Part shown: positions 1 to 1,088 of the stretch, in pieces
How positions within the stretch are numbered: position 1 is the stretch's first letter
Layout: each line of letters begins with the position of its first letter
From: Escherichia coli
GTDB taxonomy: Bacteria; Pseudomonadota; Gammaproteobacteria; Enterobacterales; Enterobacteriaceae
Direction: 5' to 3' (one strand)
NCBI RefSeq assembly: GCF_003334335.1
Contig: NZ_QOWQ01000122.1
Length of the DNA stretch: 1,088 nt
Translations under genes and position numbers: made by a program
Notes under the pieces: model-generated
Database searches by the model: none
Seen by the model: only the letters and a program-made list of their open reading frames with translations
What the model was told of the DNA's origin: nothing

Positions 1-228
1 GTCACCACCGCCGACATTCTGACGCCACGACGCCGGGAGGATTACGGTAAGGACCTGTGGAGTGCTTATCAGACCATTCAGGAGAATATGCTGAAAGGCG
101 GAATTTCAGGTCGCAGCGCTAAAGGAAAACGTATCCATACCCGTGCCATTCACAGCATTGACACTGACATTAAGCTCAACCGCGCATTGTGGGTGATGGC
201 GGAAACCCTGCTGGAGAGCCTGCGCTGA
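1..228 (+). CDS. 3' end of an upstream CDS (75 codons, TGA stop at 226-228); conserved island protein, possibly DUF932/YfjQ-like
   Basis: Frame 1 is the only frame open across 1-225; frame 2 hits TGA at 20-22 and frame 3 hits TAA at 48-50. Translation ends ...GISGRSAKGKRIHTRAIHSIDTDIKLNRALWVMAETLLESLR*. It is co-directional with and sits 54 bp upstream of the antirestriction gene, where DUF932-type genes are often found in such islands. Product assignment is from memory of that synteny and is tentative; the 5' end lies outside the window. Confidence 0.55.
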   Translation, partial: VTTADILTPRRREDYGKDLWSAYQTIQENMLKGGISGRSAKGKRIHTRAIHSIDTDIKLNRALWVMAETLLESLR

Positions 229-270
229 TTCAGCCATTACCCTGAAAACCACGCATTTATTTGTCCTTTA

Positions 271-275
271 AGGAG
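271..275 (+). promoter_or_regulatory. Shine-Dalgarno (AGGAG) for the antirestriction gene
   Basis: AGGAG at 271-275, 7 nt upstream of ATG at 283-285. Confidence 0.6.
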
Positions 276-282
276 TCATTTC

Positions 283-768
283 ATGAAAACCATTTCACAT
301 AATTCCACCACATCTTCTGTTTCCGTAACCGCTGCATCAGGGAATGACCAGCCTCAGTTGGTTGCCACCCTCGTCCCTGATGAACAGCGCATCAGCTTCT
401 GGCCGCAGCATTTTGGCCTCATTCCACAGTGGGTGGCCCTGGAGCCCCGTGTTTTCGGCTGGATGGACCGTCTGTGCGAAGACTACTGCGGTGGTATCTG
501 GAATCTGTACACCCTGAACAACGGCGGGGCATTTATGGCCCCCGAACCGGATGACGATGATGACGAAACATGGGTACTGTTCAATGCCATGAACGGCAAC
601 CGCGCTGAAATGAGCCCGGAAGCCGCTGGCATTGCTGCCTGTCTGATGACGTACAGTCATCACGCCTGTCGTACGGAGTGTTATGCCATGACGGTCCATT
701 ATTACCGGCTGCGGGATTACGCCCTGCAGCATCCGGAATGCAGCGCCATTATGCGCATCATCGACTGA
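283..768 (+). CDS. klcA: Antirestriction protein, KlcA/ArdB family (YfjX/YafX-like), 161 aa, complete
   Basis: Complete ORF from ATG 283 to TGA 766-768 with a canonical SD. The translation (MKTISHNSTT...FWPQHFGLIPQWVALEPRVFGWMDRLCEDYCGGIWNLYTLNNGGAFMAPEPDDDDDETWVLF...) matches my memory of KlcA/ArdB-type antirestriction proteins from E. coli cryptic prophages and IncP plasmids. Which paralog (yfjX, yafX or other) cannot be decided from sequence alone; 'klcA' is used as the family name. Confidence 0.9.
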   Translation: MKTISHNSTTSSVSVTAASGNDQPQLVATLVPDEQRISFWPQHFGLIPQWVALEPRVFGWMDRLCEDYCGGIWNLYTLNNGGAFMAPEPDDDDDETWVLFNAMNGNRAEMSPEAAGIAACLMTYSHHACRTECYAMTVHYYRLRDYALQHPECSAIMRIID

Positions 769-770
769 AT

Positions 771-775
771 GGAGG
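771..775 (+). promoter_or_regulatory. Shine-Dalgarno (GGAGG) for the RadC-like gene
   Basis: GGAGG at 771-775, 8 nt upstream of ATG at 784-786; it lies directly after the klcA stop, suggesting translational coupling or close co-expression. Confidence 0.6.
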
Positions 776-783
776 CAGGGACA

Positions 784-1088
784 ATGCAGCAGCTTTCCTT
801 TCTGCCCGGAGAAATGACGCCCGGCGAGCGCAGTCTCATTCTGCGGGCTCTGAAAACCCTGGACCGCCATCTTCATGAACCCGGTGTGGCCTTCACCTCC
901 ACCCGTGCGGCACGGGAATGGCTGATTCTGAACATGGCGGGACTGGAGCGTGAAGAGTTCCGGGTGCTGTATCTGAATAACCAGAATCAGCTGATTGCCG
1001 GTGAAACCCTCTTCACCGGCACCATCAACCGCACGGAAGTCCATCCCCGGGAAGTGATTAAACGCGCCCTGTACCACAATGCCGCTGC
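784..1088 (+). CDS. RadC-like JAB-domain protein (YeeS/YfjY/YkfG family, UPF0758), 5' portion; continues past the window end
   Basis: ATG 784 with a good SD; frame 1 stays open to the window end. The translation MQQLSFLPGEMTPGERSLILRALKTLDRHLHEPGVAFTSTRAAREWLILNMAGLEREEFRVLYLNNQNQLIAGETLFTGTINRTEVHPREVIKRALYHNAA... matches the conserved RadC C-terminal-domain pattern (E-F-x-V-L-x-L-[DN], LF-x-GT, V-x-PREV-x-K-x-AL-x-x-NA). The metal-binding JAB motif would lie just beyond position 1088. Paralog identity is undetermined, so no gene symbol is given. Confidence 0.88.
   Translation, partial: MQQLSFLPGEMTPGERSLILRALKTLDRHLHEPGVAFTSTRAAREWLILNMAGLEREEFRVLYLNNQNQLIAGETLFTGTINRTEVHPREVIKRALYHNAA

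Noticed and set aside
261-266. TTGTCC as a possible -35 promoter element in the intergenic spacer
   Set aside because: A matching -10 element at the right spacing would fall inside the klcA coding region beyond the start codon, leaving no room for a 5' UTR containing the SD at 271-275; it is probably a chance match.
769-771. ATG at 769 as an alternative start for the RadC-like gene (MEAGTMQQ...)
   Set aside because: There is no Shine-Dalgarno upstream of 769 (it directly abuts the klcA stop), whereas GGAGG at 771-775 is ideally placed for ATG 784. The five extra residues are unlikely to be part of the native N-terminus.
678-878. 66-aa + strand ORF in an alternate frame overlapping the klcA 3' end and the RadC-like 5' end
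   Set aside because: It overlaps two genes with much stronger support, has no RBS, and gives a low-complexity Ala/Arg/Pro-rich translation typical of an out-of-frame read through coding DNA.
337-1077. 246-aa ORF on the minus strand spanning most of the window
   Set aside because: It is entirely antisense to two well-supported + strand genes with family-level matches and canonical RBSs. It begins with a GTG, has no Shine-Dalgarno upstream, and its translation shows no recognisable domain. Long antisense ORFs are a common artefact opposite real coding sequence.
1-1088. Search for CRISPR repeats, tRNA/rRNA genes, IS-element terminal inverted repeats or att-site direct repeats
   Set aside because: No repeated spacer-repeat units, no tRNA-like cloverleaf sequence and no extended inverted or direct repeats were seen; the window is almost wholly protein-coding on the + strand.

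Overview
This 1,088-bp window holds three co-directional (+ strand) genes from what looks like an enterobacterial integrated element of the CP4-type cryptic prophage / genomic island class. They are: (i) the last 75 codons of an upstream gene (1-228), possibly a DUF932/YfjQ-like island protein; (ii) a complete 161-aa KlcA/ArdB-family antirestriction protein (283-768) with a strong Shine-Dalgarno; and (iii) the first ~101 codons of a short RadC-like JAB-domain protein (784-1088, runs off the window). The genes are tightly spaced with no visible terminator, consistent with one operon. I see no tRNA, rRNA, CRISPR array, IS element or terminal repeats. This is a recognisable, already-described anti-restriction module rather than a new system; the findings below are details worth a second look. 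All family assignments come from reading the translated sequences against remembered family features, not from a database search.
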